Origin: Spizellomyces punctatus DAOM BR117 | Taxonomy: Eukaryota | Assembly: GCA_000182565.2 (NCBI GenBank) | Contig: KQ257450.1 | Reading direction: 5' to 3' (one strand) | Length of the DNA: 64,000 bases | Shown here: piece after piece, positions 1-13,704 of the stretch | How positions within the stretch are numbered: position 1 is the first letter of the stretch | Layout: the number at the start of each line of letters is the position of its first letter | Made by a program: the position numbers and the translations under genes | The notes under the pieces: generated by a model | What the model saw: the letters and a program-made list of their open reading frames with translations, nothing else | The model's database searches: none | What the model was told of the DNA's origin: nothing

Positions 1-254
1 CAGGGTTGGGTTCTACTCATATCTCTCAGCCGTGACATGCTACGTATGGTTATTTCAAATATCCACTCATTTTTTTTGATGATCAAAATCCGACTTTTTT
101 CTATTACTTGGAGCTTTTTGTCCATCAAACGATCGGTCTTTGTGTTATGTAATGCTTACCACGGGAGCGCGAAGCTCAACGTCATGACTTTCGAATGTTC
201 TAAAGCGGGAGACGAACATTGTCCATCTCCCAATTCACTGTGGACTTGTTCAGC

Positions 255-881
255 ATGGCTCAAGCAGACAGTAGGAAAACCGTTCCTGGTCAGGTCACCA
301 TTGTGATGGGGACAGCAGGGAGCGGAAAGAGTACCATTGCAAAAGCACTCGCCGACGCACTTGCTCCCAATGCGGCATACCTTGATGCTGACGATTTCCA
401 TTCTGAAGAGAACAAGCAAAAGATGGCAAGAGGTGAGGTAAGGTCTAGGGAGGCAATATGCGGAGTTTGTAAAAACCTCTGTATCTCATTTTATTGTCGT
501 GTCTAGCCACTGACGGATGAGGACCGTTGGCCATGGCTCAGACGGTGTGTGGAAGAAATCAAAAAGCAGTTATCACAAACACCATCTGCCTACATTTTCT
601 TTGCATGCTCCGCATTGAAGAAAGCGTACAGAGATTTTCTTCGTCAAGCGGGGTCTCCAGAACATCCTATCCGATTCTTGTATCTCAAAGGGTCCAAAGA
701 ACTCCTCGCGAAACGGGTCGCATCCCGTCCTCACCATTTCTTTAAAATGCAATTATTAGATAGCCAATTTGCGACTCTTGAAGAGCCGGATCCCAAGTCA
801 GAGCCTGATGTTGTGGTAGTCAGTGTGGATGGGACTGTACAAGAAGTTCTGCAGCGAGCCAAGGAGGCTCTTGGTCTATGA
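255..881 (+). CDS. Gluconokinase (GntK/IdnK family), 2 exons (255-437, 507-881)
   Basis: P-loop MGTAGSGKST, LDADDFH, spliced junction RGE|PLTDEDRWPWL, ACSALKKAYR, LLDSQFATLE; GT-AG intron 438-506. Confidence 0.93.
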
Positions 882-1132
882 TTTGCAGCATCAACCGTTT
901 GTAGTTTTAAGGCCTTTGCTACATTTTGTATAGGGTCCATAGTCATCTGTAGTGCTGCATATTATCTTTCAGGTTATATTATTTTCTGTATCTGAGGGTA
1001 TAATGAGATTTATTGGTGAGGTGCTCTGGCGACCGCGCGGAGACGAACGGCGAGTTCCATGGATATTTTCCATCATCATTCAGCTGTCGACCAGTCAAGC
1101 TATGGCAAAGCATTAGTTGTTTGTTCACCGCT

Positions 1133-2291
1133 CTACCATGAAACAGGACGGGAGCTACGACGAGAGCGGATGCCCTCCTTCAACTCGAGGCGCTCCTAAA
1201 ACAGCCTTTCAGGTTGATATGTTTGTCAATGGAACAGCAGTGGTACGGCGAGATGCGAAAATGGAGGTGTTCTCATTCGTATGCACAATATCGGACTACA
1301 TATCGTGCTCACAGGTGTGGAGATCGTATATTAAGTTAACCTGCTAGCAACCGATCTACACGTACACGGTCTTCATCGGTATACATATCCTTGGGAATAT
1401 CGATGGTTTTATGTGGTCGTAAGGCAAGATATTCTTTGAGTCTGATGGCATCAATAGAGTTCCGCTGGCCCTCAACAAGAAACTGGAGCTCCATTTCCTG
1501 GGAAGTGAGAAAACCTGACGTGAAAAACCGAATGCTGGAAACGCAAGGTTACCACAGCGACAACTTACTCTAAATGCCAAAGCCTTGTTCAGCTTCTTTC
1601 TCATTCGTTCTCGCGCTCGTCGAGCCATCTCCTCTCCAGCATCTTCCCTTTCTTTTCCGTTTCCCCATTTCATTCTCGCTGCTTCAATTTGTTGCCTAAC
1701 GAGGCGCTTTTCGTCCCGTAATCGTGCCTTTGCACGTTGCCCACTCCGCTCAATCATTTGTGCCACTGGAGCTGGTGGTGCGGTATATGCTTCGTATTTC
1801 GCTACCGTTTGAGGTGCTAATGACCGGAGCTTGCCTTTTGGGATTGAGGCGGGGGAAAAACTAGAGGTCTCTGACAGGGGGAAAGGTTTGTAGGGAGTAG
1901 CGGGTGGTAGGTTCGGTGCTTGTGAGTTTTTCCGACGAATATTCGAAGGTCGGTCGGGTGTGGGTGAATCAAGAGCATTGGAGGTAGCCGCGGGATGGGA
2001 TGAGCCAGCATTCCCTATGCCCCGCTCTGAAGAGGCAGAGCTTTCTGAGTGCCTGGTATTACGATGAGATATAGGTGGTAATCGCGGTTTGTGTGGTTCG
2101 CCGTGCGGCTTTACCAGGGTCTCCTCAGTAACGTCTTCTCCTGATTTATTGAGTGCTCCGAGTAAGCCTGCTGCTCTTTGAAAACGTCGAGAGAGGATCA
2201 AGGGAATCTGGTTTCGCGAAACGCTCATGGGCGACGGTTGGGAATGTCCTGGTGCGGGCAATGCCGTTCTCATATCAATATGTGCTGGCAT
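1133..2291 (-). CDS. LKAAEAR-motif-like protein (putative ciliary/testis-associated family); 3' end uncertain
   Basis: Splicing at GTAAGT (1568) to the cccAG acceptor gives KYEAY...ARRARERMRKKLNKALAFR|EMELQFLVEGQRNSIDAIRLKEYL. This aligns ungapped with the remembered LKAAEAR1 motif AEARxRxR...RAEEIxxLIxxQxSAxxAIRLExFL. Confidence 0.5.
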
Positions 2292-2604
2292 GATCGTAGT
2301 CAGCTTTCAGAAGATTATTGGTGTTAAATTGCTTTGATCTATGATGAGGGTTGAATTATGTCTCATGGTCCTTTTTATATAGTCACAAGGATTACCCCCC
2401 AATCCTCCGAAAAATCACCGATTTCTATTCAAAGTTCGGGCTTTTTATTTTTAAAGATTCAAGGACCAGAGTCGTTTACAAGTCAACCAGCAGTTATATT
2501 ATTCCTGGTAGCTGCGCAACTAGCCTGTGAGCATCTACTTGACTTTTATATCTTTTCTACACGAGCATGGCCTCGGGTTTAGAACGGGTAACTTGGTGCT
2601 CCAC

Positions 2605-3092
2605 CTATACCACACTCTCTGGTCTCTCCTTTCCAACTTGACGATCAATAACTCTGGCCAACTCTACATCCCGAATACTTAGACCGCTGCAGTCGTGAGT
2701 TGAAAGCGTTATGTCGACCTTGTTGTAAACGTTGAACCACTGTGAAAATATCGGTAAGTACGAGGAAGGCGCGGACTGTTTTCCAGTGTGCGTTCACTTG
2801 CCTCTGGATGATGGTCCATTTTTTCTGCTTGCATCGCTACTCTTGTCATGAACCCAAACGCTTCATTAAAGTCTTCGAACCGGAATGACTTTTGAATTGT
2901 GTCCCGCTTGCCATCGTTTACAAGTTTCCATCCTTGCAGAACTGAGAGATGTTCGGTGCGTTCTTTGACAGTCAGCGGGGTCACAGGTAATGGGGCGTTT
3001 TGAGTACTGCTGGTGGTTGTTCGGACGGACATTGTAGACATTGTGGGTTGCAGTAAGGTTCGTTTGGGGAGGGATGCAACCAAACGAATCAT
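2605..3092 (-). CDS. Pterin-4-alpha-carbinolamine dehydratase with probable mitochondrial presequence, 2 exons
   Basis: [47 protein letters not shown]; the intron 2740-2801 is GC-AG. Confidence 0.93.
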
Positions 3093-3931
3093 GGCCAAAT
3101 GGAGAGAGGGAGAGAAGGAGGACACCCAAAGGCGTGTGTGAGTCAGGTCGCGCGACATTTCGAACTTCAACTTTTCAACTTGCGATTTCGTTGTGTGCGG
3201 TTTTTATTCCAAACAGAATCTGCTGTTCCTTTGTTGGCTACGAGTCTGTTCTACACGAGAGGAATGCCTGAACCTCGCGGCCGTATGCAAGGTCGGCCAT
3301 GCGATGGTTCTGCACATATGATTGTGGCCGTTGAACAAGCAGAAGCACTGGATAAATGGACTTTTGATGCAAACAGAGTAGCCATCCTTTGCCTAACAGA
3401 AACGGCATCTCTTTGCGCATATTTGGATAGATTTCCCAGAGGTGTTCAAAAGAACTGAGGATGACTAGCTCAAAGGCTATCAGGTGTCGCATATTCCAAC
3501 TGTCCTGGTTTGCTACCTGGACGAAATGAATCGGGGACGTCCAATGCTCAGAGTCGTTAGGTGATAGAAACAATATTAGATACGGTCTCGGCGAAAGAAA
3601 TATGATACTGCTGTATGAGTATCTAATTGAACAGTGATATCTCGGCTCAAGTTGCCCAAGTGTCATCCAGGCGTTAATGCTCAAAACAGTGATCTTTATC
3701 CGTCCTACGGATCGGAATCAAAAGGCATTGAACCATCAGCTTCCTGTAAGCTTTACAGCCCACCGTCGTCAACCTAAAAGCCTGTCGTTAACGGCCTTTT
3801 GCTGGACTGAACGACGGAATGTCCTCCCGTGGGTGACATGCCCTCTCGGTTTGTGACTCACACCAGGAAACCCAAGAATTTTTGGCAATCTCCAACTTTT
3901 TCAAAGGATTTGAACGAGTAACTTGCGGGCG

Positions 3932-5236
3932 ATGAGCGCTACTACGAACTTGCGTCTAGCCAATGTATTGCTCTGCCATGGACGAATACCGCCATTATAT
4001 CGCACGACAAAGGTGGTCGTAAAGGGACCCCTTGCAACAAGATCCACCATTGCCAGTTTACATTCCGCCATCTGCATAAAGCATTTCTCAACCCCGCGTA
4101 CGATTGTTAATGGTTCAGGTGTCGTGAATATCCTGGCAAAGCGAGTAGCGCTCGGCGTACAACGAGTGCAGGTGACGCAAGGTCTCTTGCGGTCAAGCGT
4201 CCGCTACTCAACGGGCTCCAATGACGACAAAAACTCAACACCTGTTCCAAAAGTACGCTTGCCTTCTATTCCATTGATGTCTAGCTCTTTCTGGTTTTGT
4301 CCCCTGCCCTGCTTTAACCCCATTGTCTTCAAAAACAGCCTTCTTCCAAGGAGAACATTTACACAATCCCCAACGCGCTGACAGTCGGGCGACTTGTGCT
4401 GTCCCCCGTCATTGGATACCTTATTGTCAGCGAACAGTTCACATGGGCCTTGGGTACCCTATTTGTAGCAGGACTGTCTGATCTTGTTGACGGCTTTATT
4501 GCACGACGATATAATATGAAAACTTTCCTGGGATCGGCGTTGGATCCTGCGGCGGACAAGGTGCTGATGACGGTTTTGACAGTGTCGCTGGCGAGAGCTG
4601 ACTTGCTCCCACGTGAGTACTGGTACTGACGCTGTTATAAACGAAGCCTTCATATGCAGATATTTTGAAGGTGGTTGCTAACCTCGGGTTTCATATACTT
4701 TCTTCTAGTACCCCTCGCAGTACTGATTTTGGGTCGAGATGTTGGGTTAATAGCGGGGACAGCTTATTACCGATATAAATCCTTACCTTCTCCGGTATGA
4801 CTTTATTGCCAAAGTTTTACACATTCAATATGAACGATTAATCAAATGCAACTGTAGAAAACTGTGTCCCGATACTTTGATCTCTCCCTTCCTTCTGCAG
4901 AAGTCCATCCTCCAATGATCAGCAAGGTGAGTATGAACAACGTTCGTCCGCGTTATGCTGACAAACTGACCCATACGCAACCTTGTAGATTAACACGCTT
5001 TTGCAACTTACATTGATGTCGGTATCCCTTGCTGCTCCAGTTTTTGGTTTTACCGACTGGGTTGGATTAGAAGCGCTGAGGTATTTCACTTTCAATCAAC
5101 CCTTTCACGGAGGTGTCGTAATGTATTGATCACGCTGATTTGATGCAGATGGGTCGTGGGGATAACTACCATCTGGTCGGGAGCGCAATATGCACTAGAC
5201 AAAAGCGTAATCAAGATACTACCGCAGCCGAAATAA
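3932..5236 (+). CDS. CRD1: Cardiolipin synthase (CDP-alcohol phosphatidyltransferase), multi-exon
   Basis: [38 protein letters not shown] motif; N-terminal Arg/Ser-rich presequence. Confidence 0.9.
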
Positions 5237-5420
5237 TATAGGAGATAATAATTAAATTTTCTGAAGATGTCCACACGCATGGCATCCTCGGAACCAGTTC
5301 CCTTTGGGCCCAAATACCGGCACTCTATCGAACAAACAAAGTGACTAAAATACTTCTGTAGAATACTAACGACTGTACATGATATATACATTGCTTTGGG
5401 GAGCTTCCACTTGCAAATAT

Positions 5421-6528
5421 TCAGACATTCGTAGGAATGCTTTTTAAACCGTTGTCTGCAAAGCACTCAAAGAACGTGTCGAGGTCGTATCGCAAAAGAT
5501 CTTTAGCCCCCTTACGTTTTGGCGGATCCACGCCAATGAAAACCCATTTTGTGCCATTCGCCTCCTCGACAAATGCCAAGCCCTCTTGTCCGCGAATATC
5601 AAAGGACATCTGCGAGACGGCCTGTAATGTCGCTGCCTCAATTTGCATTTCCGCCCCCTCCTTTGGTAGTATGCTGACGGACTTCAATGCCAGTAGTTGG
5701 TAAGCTTTGTCATACAGCAACCAGAGGTGGTTCCGCCAGAGAGTCATTGCTGAGAGGTCGTATCCGGGACCTGGCGGCTGAATCCATCCCCTGAATCGTA
5801 GCTCACTTTGAATCATTAATGCCTGTTCCGAAACCGGGAGTTCGAAAACGAACACACGCGCATCCTCTTGTCGGCCGACGTAAAAGTATCCACCCCAATC
5901 TGAAGCTGACGATGGAACAAATACTAGTGACTCCAGACCACTGTTTGTGTCTACTTGACTCGGATCTGAATCTGGATCCGCTGGAACCGGGTGCTGGTCG
6001 AAATATGATTGCAGCGGCCATTCACGAACGATGGACGAGGAGTTGAGGTTGTACTCTAACACCGCTGCAGGGTATTCAACCCCAAGATAAATGGTATCTG
6101 CTCTAAATAGAAAAGTGAGCTATAAAATCCCCATAGTCAGAAGATGGTTTCACATACCGTCCGGGTACAAGCGTACATCCTTCCAAGTCAAACTGTTTTC
6201 CCAGCTTCCATACTTGAGCCGCATCCTCACTGTCAGTCCCAACATTGTCCAGCGCTGCAACGCGCCCGTTATCGCTGACTACATATAACAGCTGTTTGGA
6301 AGGATCCCAGACCAAATCTGAGGGTTCGAATTTGCGAGGCAGTCGGGAATACAATGACGTTCCAGTACAATTTGGCTCACTGGTGGAGAAGGTCGTTGAG
6401 GGAAAGGGATGCAGCATGCGAGCCTGAACAGGCCTCGAGAGGAGGAGCAGCGCAATAGAAGTCAGTAAAACGCCTAAAGGAATGATTGTCTTGAGCAAGG
6501 TTGGCAGTCGATGTCGTCTTGAAGCCAT
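5421..6528 (-). CDS. Secreted beta-propeller-like protein, SdiA-regulated/YjiK-like; intron 6103-6157
   Basis: Signal-peptide-like N-terminus; repeated blades FEPSDLVWD..LYVVSDNG, FDLEGCT, NSGLESLVFVP, DLSAMT, GQEGLAF. Confidence 0.55.
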
Positions 6529-6686
6529 CCCCCTCGGTTTTCTTGGGTTGCGAGGAAAGCCCTTCTGGAAGTCGTTTTTGCTGGAAAGCGCCCGACAGCT
6601 TCATTTAGCCAAAAATGGGTTAATGAAATCCAACGACTTTATCAAAGCGTTTGGAGGATCCAGTCCATCCTCCATAGATCTTTGGC

Positions 6687-9326
6687 ATGTCCCAACGAGA
6701 CATGCAGCAAGTGAATGTTCCGACGCCGTATCCGCCTCCAGTTCTTGGGAACGAGCAAGTTGCTCTTGATTCTCCAATTTCTCAACCATATGAGGTGTTA
6801 TGGGCGCTGGCAGAATATTACCTGAAAACCGCCACGTCCCTCGTCGCTGCCAATTACCCTGAGAAAGAAGAAACCACAACGTCCATTTATACCCACGTTG
6901 TAGCGGCTGTCCGCTGCCTCGAAGCCGTCTTGGTATCTGGTGTGCTTCCCCTGAAAGTCGAAGTAAAGACCCGGTATCGGCTTGCACAGATTCTGTTGGC
7001 CCACACGTTCAATTTGCCGGAAGCCGATACACATTTGCAGAAAGCGGTTTGTACCCTAGTCTAGAACTCTGTGCTTGCAATGAATGCGCAGGACTCATTC
7101 CAAATTTGTGTTCTGTAGATCTTGCTAATACAGAAGGTGGGCACCGTATAATCCGGCAGTGTACTATATCATTTTAGTTCCCAGATCTGATATCCTCGTT
7201 GCAGACTAGCGATGAGCAAATGCTCGAGTTCCGATTTATTATTAAAGACTTGCAATGTGAAATTTACCAAGCTGATCCAAGTGGCTCGGGTGGGAAAACT
7301 GTGAAAAATGTGTTAAAACAGGCAGCCGCTGACGCTTTACGGTTCGTCACGTCTTTCATGGTTTCAACAAAAGCTTTAGCTCAGTTCTGATGACAGCTTT
7401 TGGTTTTCCCTCTTGGCATTTTTTATCTCAGGTTGGGTATGCCACGATGGTATTACCATTTCATTCAACGACGAGCGGAATTACACGCTAGAGAAGGCGA
7501 TATCAAACTTTGCTTTTCTGTTTTAATGTCAGGAGCCGAGGAAGCAGGAAAACGGGGTGACGTTGACATGAAAGTACGTCTCCTGGCGAAGCTGGGGGTT
7601 GCGGACACGTTGACCATCTCACAAAACCCATATCTAGGCCGTTTTGCTACTGTTCCTTGCTCACCACACGTTAATGGCTCGCCACGATATGCTCACTCAA
7701 GATGCGATTTCACAGCTGCAGCAGCTTGTCGAACCACAGGTGCCTGCCGATATCGGTTACAGCAACGATACATCTATGCCACCTGTCACAGATAACGGCA
7801 CGGCACTTGTCTCGCATGGGCACCTCCGTTTATACTATTCCCTTATCCTTATCATCCATCTCATCCACCTCGGAAAAGCGAAGGACGCTTTGAACCGATT
7901 AACAGCACTGCATGCTCTCGTCGAGCATCCTAGCATGTCAGCAAACGTGGAAATTGATAAGGGATTAGCCACTGTTACAGTTCGAAGAGGAGATAGCTTT
8001 GATACAGTACCAGTTACATTGCATTCACGAAACAAACTTTATGCGCTGGTATTCTTGGTTTCTGGCATCGCCCACAAACTGAACGATAACTTTAAAGCAA
8101 AGAAGCACTTTCTGGAAGGGATAAAGACAATAGAGAGTGAGTAATATTCCCATTCTACTGGCCATCTATATGCCTGCTGACCATCCGCCTGTCTTGGTTG
8201 TAGAGGAACTAGGAAACATTTCCAGTGAGTTCCATAGGTTCTTTGTCTGCCATTTCATACATCTAATACAGCAGTGCCTTTGCTGTGTGCAGCTGAAACT
8301 GGAAGCGTGCAAGAAATGGTGGAAGCACGACAATGGCTTGCGGAAACCAAGGTCGTCCTTCTGCGACATTTTGCCGAGGTTGGAATTGTGAGGGGCGAAT
8401 TCTGCGATGTTTTTCGCGTAAGGAGCTTGTCGCCACTGCTGGTACTTTGTGTTCCATCTAACAGCTATCTCTAGTTTATGACCAAGTTGGTCGAATGGTG
8501 CTCAGCAGATGCTGTGCTATGGCGAAAGTACCAGCCCATCGTATCGCTGGATTGGGGAATGTTCTATCAAGCAATCGGGCAGTACGCAAGGGCTGAATGG
8601 TGGTTGAAGAGCGCCGCGGAGGGCAACGATGCGAATGTGCGTCACATTGCCAAGATTCATCTCATTTTGTTGTACTTTACGGAAACCATTGGCGATCGCT
8701 CTATGGTTGGTATCTCGCTTTCCAGGAGCAAGGATGCATGAAGAACTCATCTCATTTCATTTCCATCATACCTCAAGGGAGCTGCGATGCTGGAGGATTT
8801 GGACCGTGAGCAGGAGAGCGGCCAAAGTCTCTCGGATGGACAGCGAGCCTTGCTTGGGACGGTCAAAGGTGTTAGCCATATGATCAATAAAGACATTCGA
8901 CAAACCAAGTGAGTCACATCTGTATTAGTACCATCGCCATCCAAACCTCACCAAGATCCTAGGCTACATCTGTTAGAATCGATCAAAATCTGCGAAACCC
9001 TTTCCTGTACCCAACTCCGATTTATCAATGTCGCACTTCTTGGCGAGCTATTCTCCAATGTCGACTCAATGCAAGCTGAAAAGATGGTAGCGACCGCCTA
9101 CATTATGGCAAAAAAGTCCCATTGCGAGTCCTTTGCACTGGTTTGTGCTCGCGTGCTAATCGAAATATATCAACGCAGAGGTGACAAGGAGAAAGAAGAG
9201 AAGTATAGAACAATGGCTGAGGGACACAAAGAAAAGGTAGAAAAAGCCTATATGGATGTATGGAAGATGGTGGAGGATGCCGAGCGGGCCTCGGCAGCGG
9301 CTACTGTAACGTCGCAGGCGACGTGA
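6687..9326 (+). CDS. MAU2: Cohesin loader subunit Scc4/MAU2 (TPR-like), multi-exon
   Basis: LWALAEYY, AVRCLEAVL, EVKTRYRLAQILLAHTFNLPEADTHLQKA match the MAU2 N-terminus; includes an 18-nt exon 7119-7136. Confidence 0.8.
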
Positions 9327-9402
9327 TTGGCAACAGCGGATAGGCACTATCTTCCTTTTATATTTTTAATGTACCCATGTAAATACAATTGTGCATTATA
9401 CC

Positions 9403-10442
<1,040 letters not shown>

Positions 10443-10578
10443 TCATTGTTCTTGAGCAAGGGTTAAGATCTGAACGAAGGCGGGTTCATGTTGATTACGA
10501 AAGCAGGCCAAGCCACGTTGCCGTGAGTGTTAAGCGACTTCGATCAAATTCGCTCTTGTCTTGGGCTACGAAGACGAG

Positions 10579-11257
10579 ATGGCTGCATCCAAATTGGCAG
10601 CAGAACCAGCAAAACAGTATTATTCATATAACCAGATTCATGCGCTCATACAGTCTTCCATTCCCTCCTTCAAAGACGTCCCAGATGCCTTGGTACTACC
10701 TGAAGCTCACTACGACATAACATCTCCTTACTAATAGTTTTGCCTAAGGTAGCCATAAGTGGCGGTGGGCTTATACCGGCCCGAATTCTTCGCACTCTCC
10801 TTAAAGCACGATACAAGAAAACTGTTCCAATCCGTGTAATTGGTCTCCAACTCTACGATGACGATGCAGAACATATTGGCGCCACAGGTGTAAAACGGAC
10901 CCAATGGCCTTGTGCTGATGAATGGGGTGATGTGCGGAATGTGCTTTTGGTGGATGAGGTTGATGATACGAGGTAACGTTCGCTCCTTTTTCATGGAGTA
11001 TTCTTGGATGTGGGTCTTAAGTCTGACGTGCTAGGACAACACTGGAATATGCGGTTGAGAATTTGCGTCGGGACTTGGGAAAAGGTGTGTCAATAGGGGT
11101 ATTTGTTGTTCATAACAAGCTGAAGGAAAAGAGAGGGACACTACCCAAGGAAGTGGAGTATATTGCTGCATTGGATGTGGAGGATCTTTGGGTCGTGTAT
11201 CCATGGGATGCCGTGGATATTGAAGAGCATCAACAAAAGTGTGATGAGCAGCGATAG
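10579..11257 (+). CDS. Hypoxanthine/xanthine phosphoribosyltransferase (fungal HPT1/XPT1 type), 3 exons
   Basis: YYSYNQIH, AISGGGLIPARILR, PRPP motif VLLVDEVDDTRTTL, WVVYPWD. Confidence 0.92.
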
Positions 11258-11487
11258 GTGATATTGGCAATATAGCAGGGAATTACAATAATGTTGCACC
11301 TTGCTTTCTATCAACGGTTCAAGACAGGCCGTGGTTTTGAGAACCTGCGATATCAAGTACAATTGATGACCACGCGCGATCAGATCTAACATCTCTTTAT
11401 TGGCGTCTACATAACACAATAAATTGTGACATCAGCCATCTATCCCTTGCCCCTTCAATAATGTATCCATTGAACTCGTTCATCTCT

Positions 11488-12166
11488 TTACATCTTTGCT
11501 TTCGGGACCTCTTTCCCTAGGAACCATGCGACATGATCCAACCGATCACTTCCAAAGAACACCTCAGCTTTCCCGTCACCCCGATCAACCAACATCGTTG
11601 GTGCACCAAACACACCCTTTTCCACTACTTCCTTGCTGAGTGCAACAAGACTATCCTTTACCTGTTGCGTTTCCATGGCCTTCAAATACTCTTCTCCTTC
11701 CACGCAGGAAGCAAGGACCTGAGGAGACGCGATGTCCTCTCCTTTGGTCCAATATGAAGCAAATAATTTTACGGTAGCGTCCTCCAAAACTTCCGCCGAG
11801 CCCTGCAGTTTGATAGCGTGGAGTAGGCGCATGGCCTTTAGTGTATTGGCTGGAAACGGGTTCGGGAACACGTTCATCTCAATATTGTGGATGGTCTTGA
11901 TCCTTCCAATATCTTTGCGCATGTATTCGACTTTGACGGGGTTAAAAGCTGGTGGTGGTGTTCCTACGTTCTGCAATAATGTGAGAATCCTTGCGTTCGT
12001 GCAAAGTGTTATGAACATTTACCTTTAGGGTGAAACCAAGGAACATGGGCACTAGAACGAGGTCAAAGTTCCAAGTTGGGCGGTACCTCCTCAGGAGATG
12101 GAAGGCAATGTACGAGTAAGGCGAGACAACATCATAGTAGAACTTGATGGAAGGTCGGACGGGCAT
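11488..12166 (-). CDS. Glutathione S-transferase kappa / HCCA isomerase (DsbA-like)
   Basis: FYYDVVSPYSY, LVPMFLG, GVFGAPTM, FFGSDRL. Confidence 0.9.
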
Positions 12167-12360
12167 TTCTCTTTTCCAGTGTCGGTGGGATGCGATGAAG
12201 GCGATTGTGGAAGAGTTTCCTTCAAACGATGCGGGAGCGGTAAAAATCATAGATCGTTCCTGTGACAAAGCTGCTTACGTGATAGGGACCGCGGTGATCG
12301 TCCGACCATTTCGCTGCATCACCTTATTGCCTTTAAACCACTTTCTTTTTTCAATCTACC

Positions 12361-13557
12361 ATGAACGATGGCATCCTACCCGAAATTCCGAGCCGCTCTA
12401 CGACACCTACTCTCTCGGCCCGCTTTGCAATACCGACGTCCCTCCAAGACACGGTTAATAAAGTCGAGAGGGCAAGGGAGCTAGAACGAAGCGAAATTCA
12501 GCGTAATGCAAATGAATTACAAAAGAAGGATGCTTTAACCGGAATGGTACCGCTCATGTCCGTCACGGGGAGTGGGTCGGGGGAACAGGCGAGGCTTGCG
12601 CTTCTTGATAAGCGAAAAGGACGTGCAAGTTTAGTTGGATCACCCAGAGGACGAGAGTCACCAGTGTTAATGTCAAGACCGGGCTCTATTGTCCTTCGAC
12701 CTAGTTCTACTGCAAATTTGGACTCTGCACCTAGCACCGCCCTTTCCTCCCGTCCCCAGTCGGCAAAGCCCGCCTCATCATCAGAACCAGAACCAGAACA
12801 GGCTGAAGATCAAACCCCCACCTCGTTGATAGAAGAGTACATATCACAGTTAACCGCAAGATCCATACTGGTGGTTGAGAAGCTCCCCCACATCCGATGG
12901 GAAAAGAACGGGATGCTGGATCTGAAAGAAAAGGGGCGTTTAGTGAATAGAATTCTGGAATTGGAAACAAAGATTGGGGAGACGTCGGTGGAGATCACAA
13001 AGACCTCGGGGGTGAAGGCAGAATTGTTGAAAGAGTTGGATGGATGGAGAAAGAAAAAGGAAGGGGTAAGGCTTTTATACTTTTTTTTGGGTAGGTTAAC
13101 GCTCAGAGTCGAGCTCCTCTAAATTCATGTCCTGCAGATGGACGCCATTTTAACCGATCTCCTCCTTCTTCATCGGGACTTGATCGCCCGTCGATCCCAA
13201 TACTTTGAACAAATGATGACCAACTTATCCCAAAACACCCTAGACTCGAACGTCAGCCTGTCGAGCACAGCTACAACAACCCGACGCACCCGTAGACGAG
13301 ATTTGCGATCCCACATTGGACTTCAACAACAACGATCACATCTGGGGTTGAATGCAAATATGGCGGATCCGGGTAGATCACATTTGACGTTGGAGCGGCT
13401 CGGGGAAGGTGGATTGCGGTCTCATTTCAACAATAGTGCTATGTATCATCTGGAACAGGGGATGGTGCCGCAGCGGGGTTTAGACAGTAGCAGTTCGTTA
13501 GGTAGTACGGCTGGTATAGAGGGTGGTTTTACAATAGTCATTGAGCCAAGTGCCTAA
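12361..13557 (+). CDS. Hypothetical low-complexity/coiled-coil protein, 2 exons (intron 13066-13137)
   Basis: 253-aa and 139-aa ORFs joined by a GTAAGG...CAG intron; no family recognised. Confidence 0.65.
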
Positions 13558-13704
13558 AAAGATGGCAAGTTTCCAGAATCTTGACATGTTGAGCCAACAC
13601 TCACATTAATTCAAGAGAAAATTGCAGCACAGTTTCCAAAAGTAAAAAAATTCAAAATTGTATTTCACATAATAGAATAATATGTAAGGTGCAATGTGGT
13701 CAAT

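Noticed and set aside
255-881. Bacterial origin of gluconokinase, fRMsr or GST-kappa
   Set aside because: These families are widespread in fungi and other eukaryotes; nothing in the sequence points to recent transfer.
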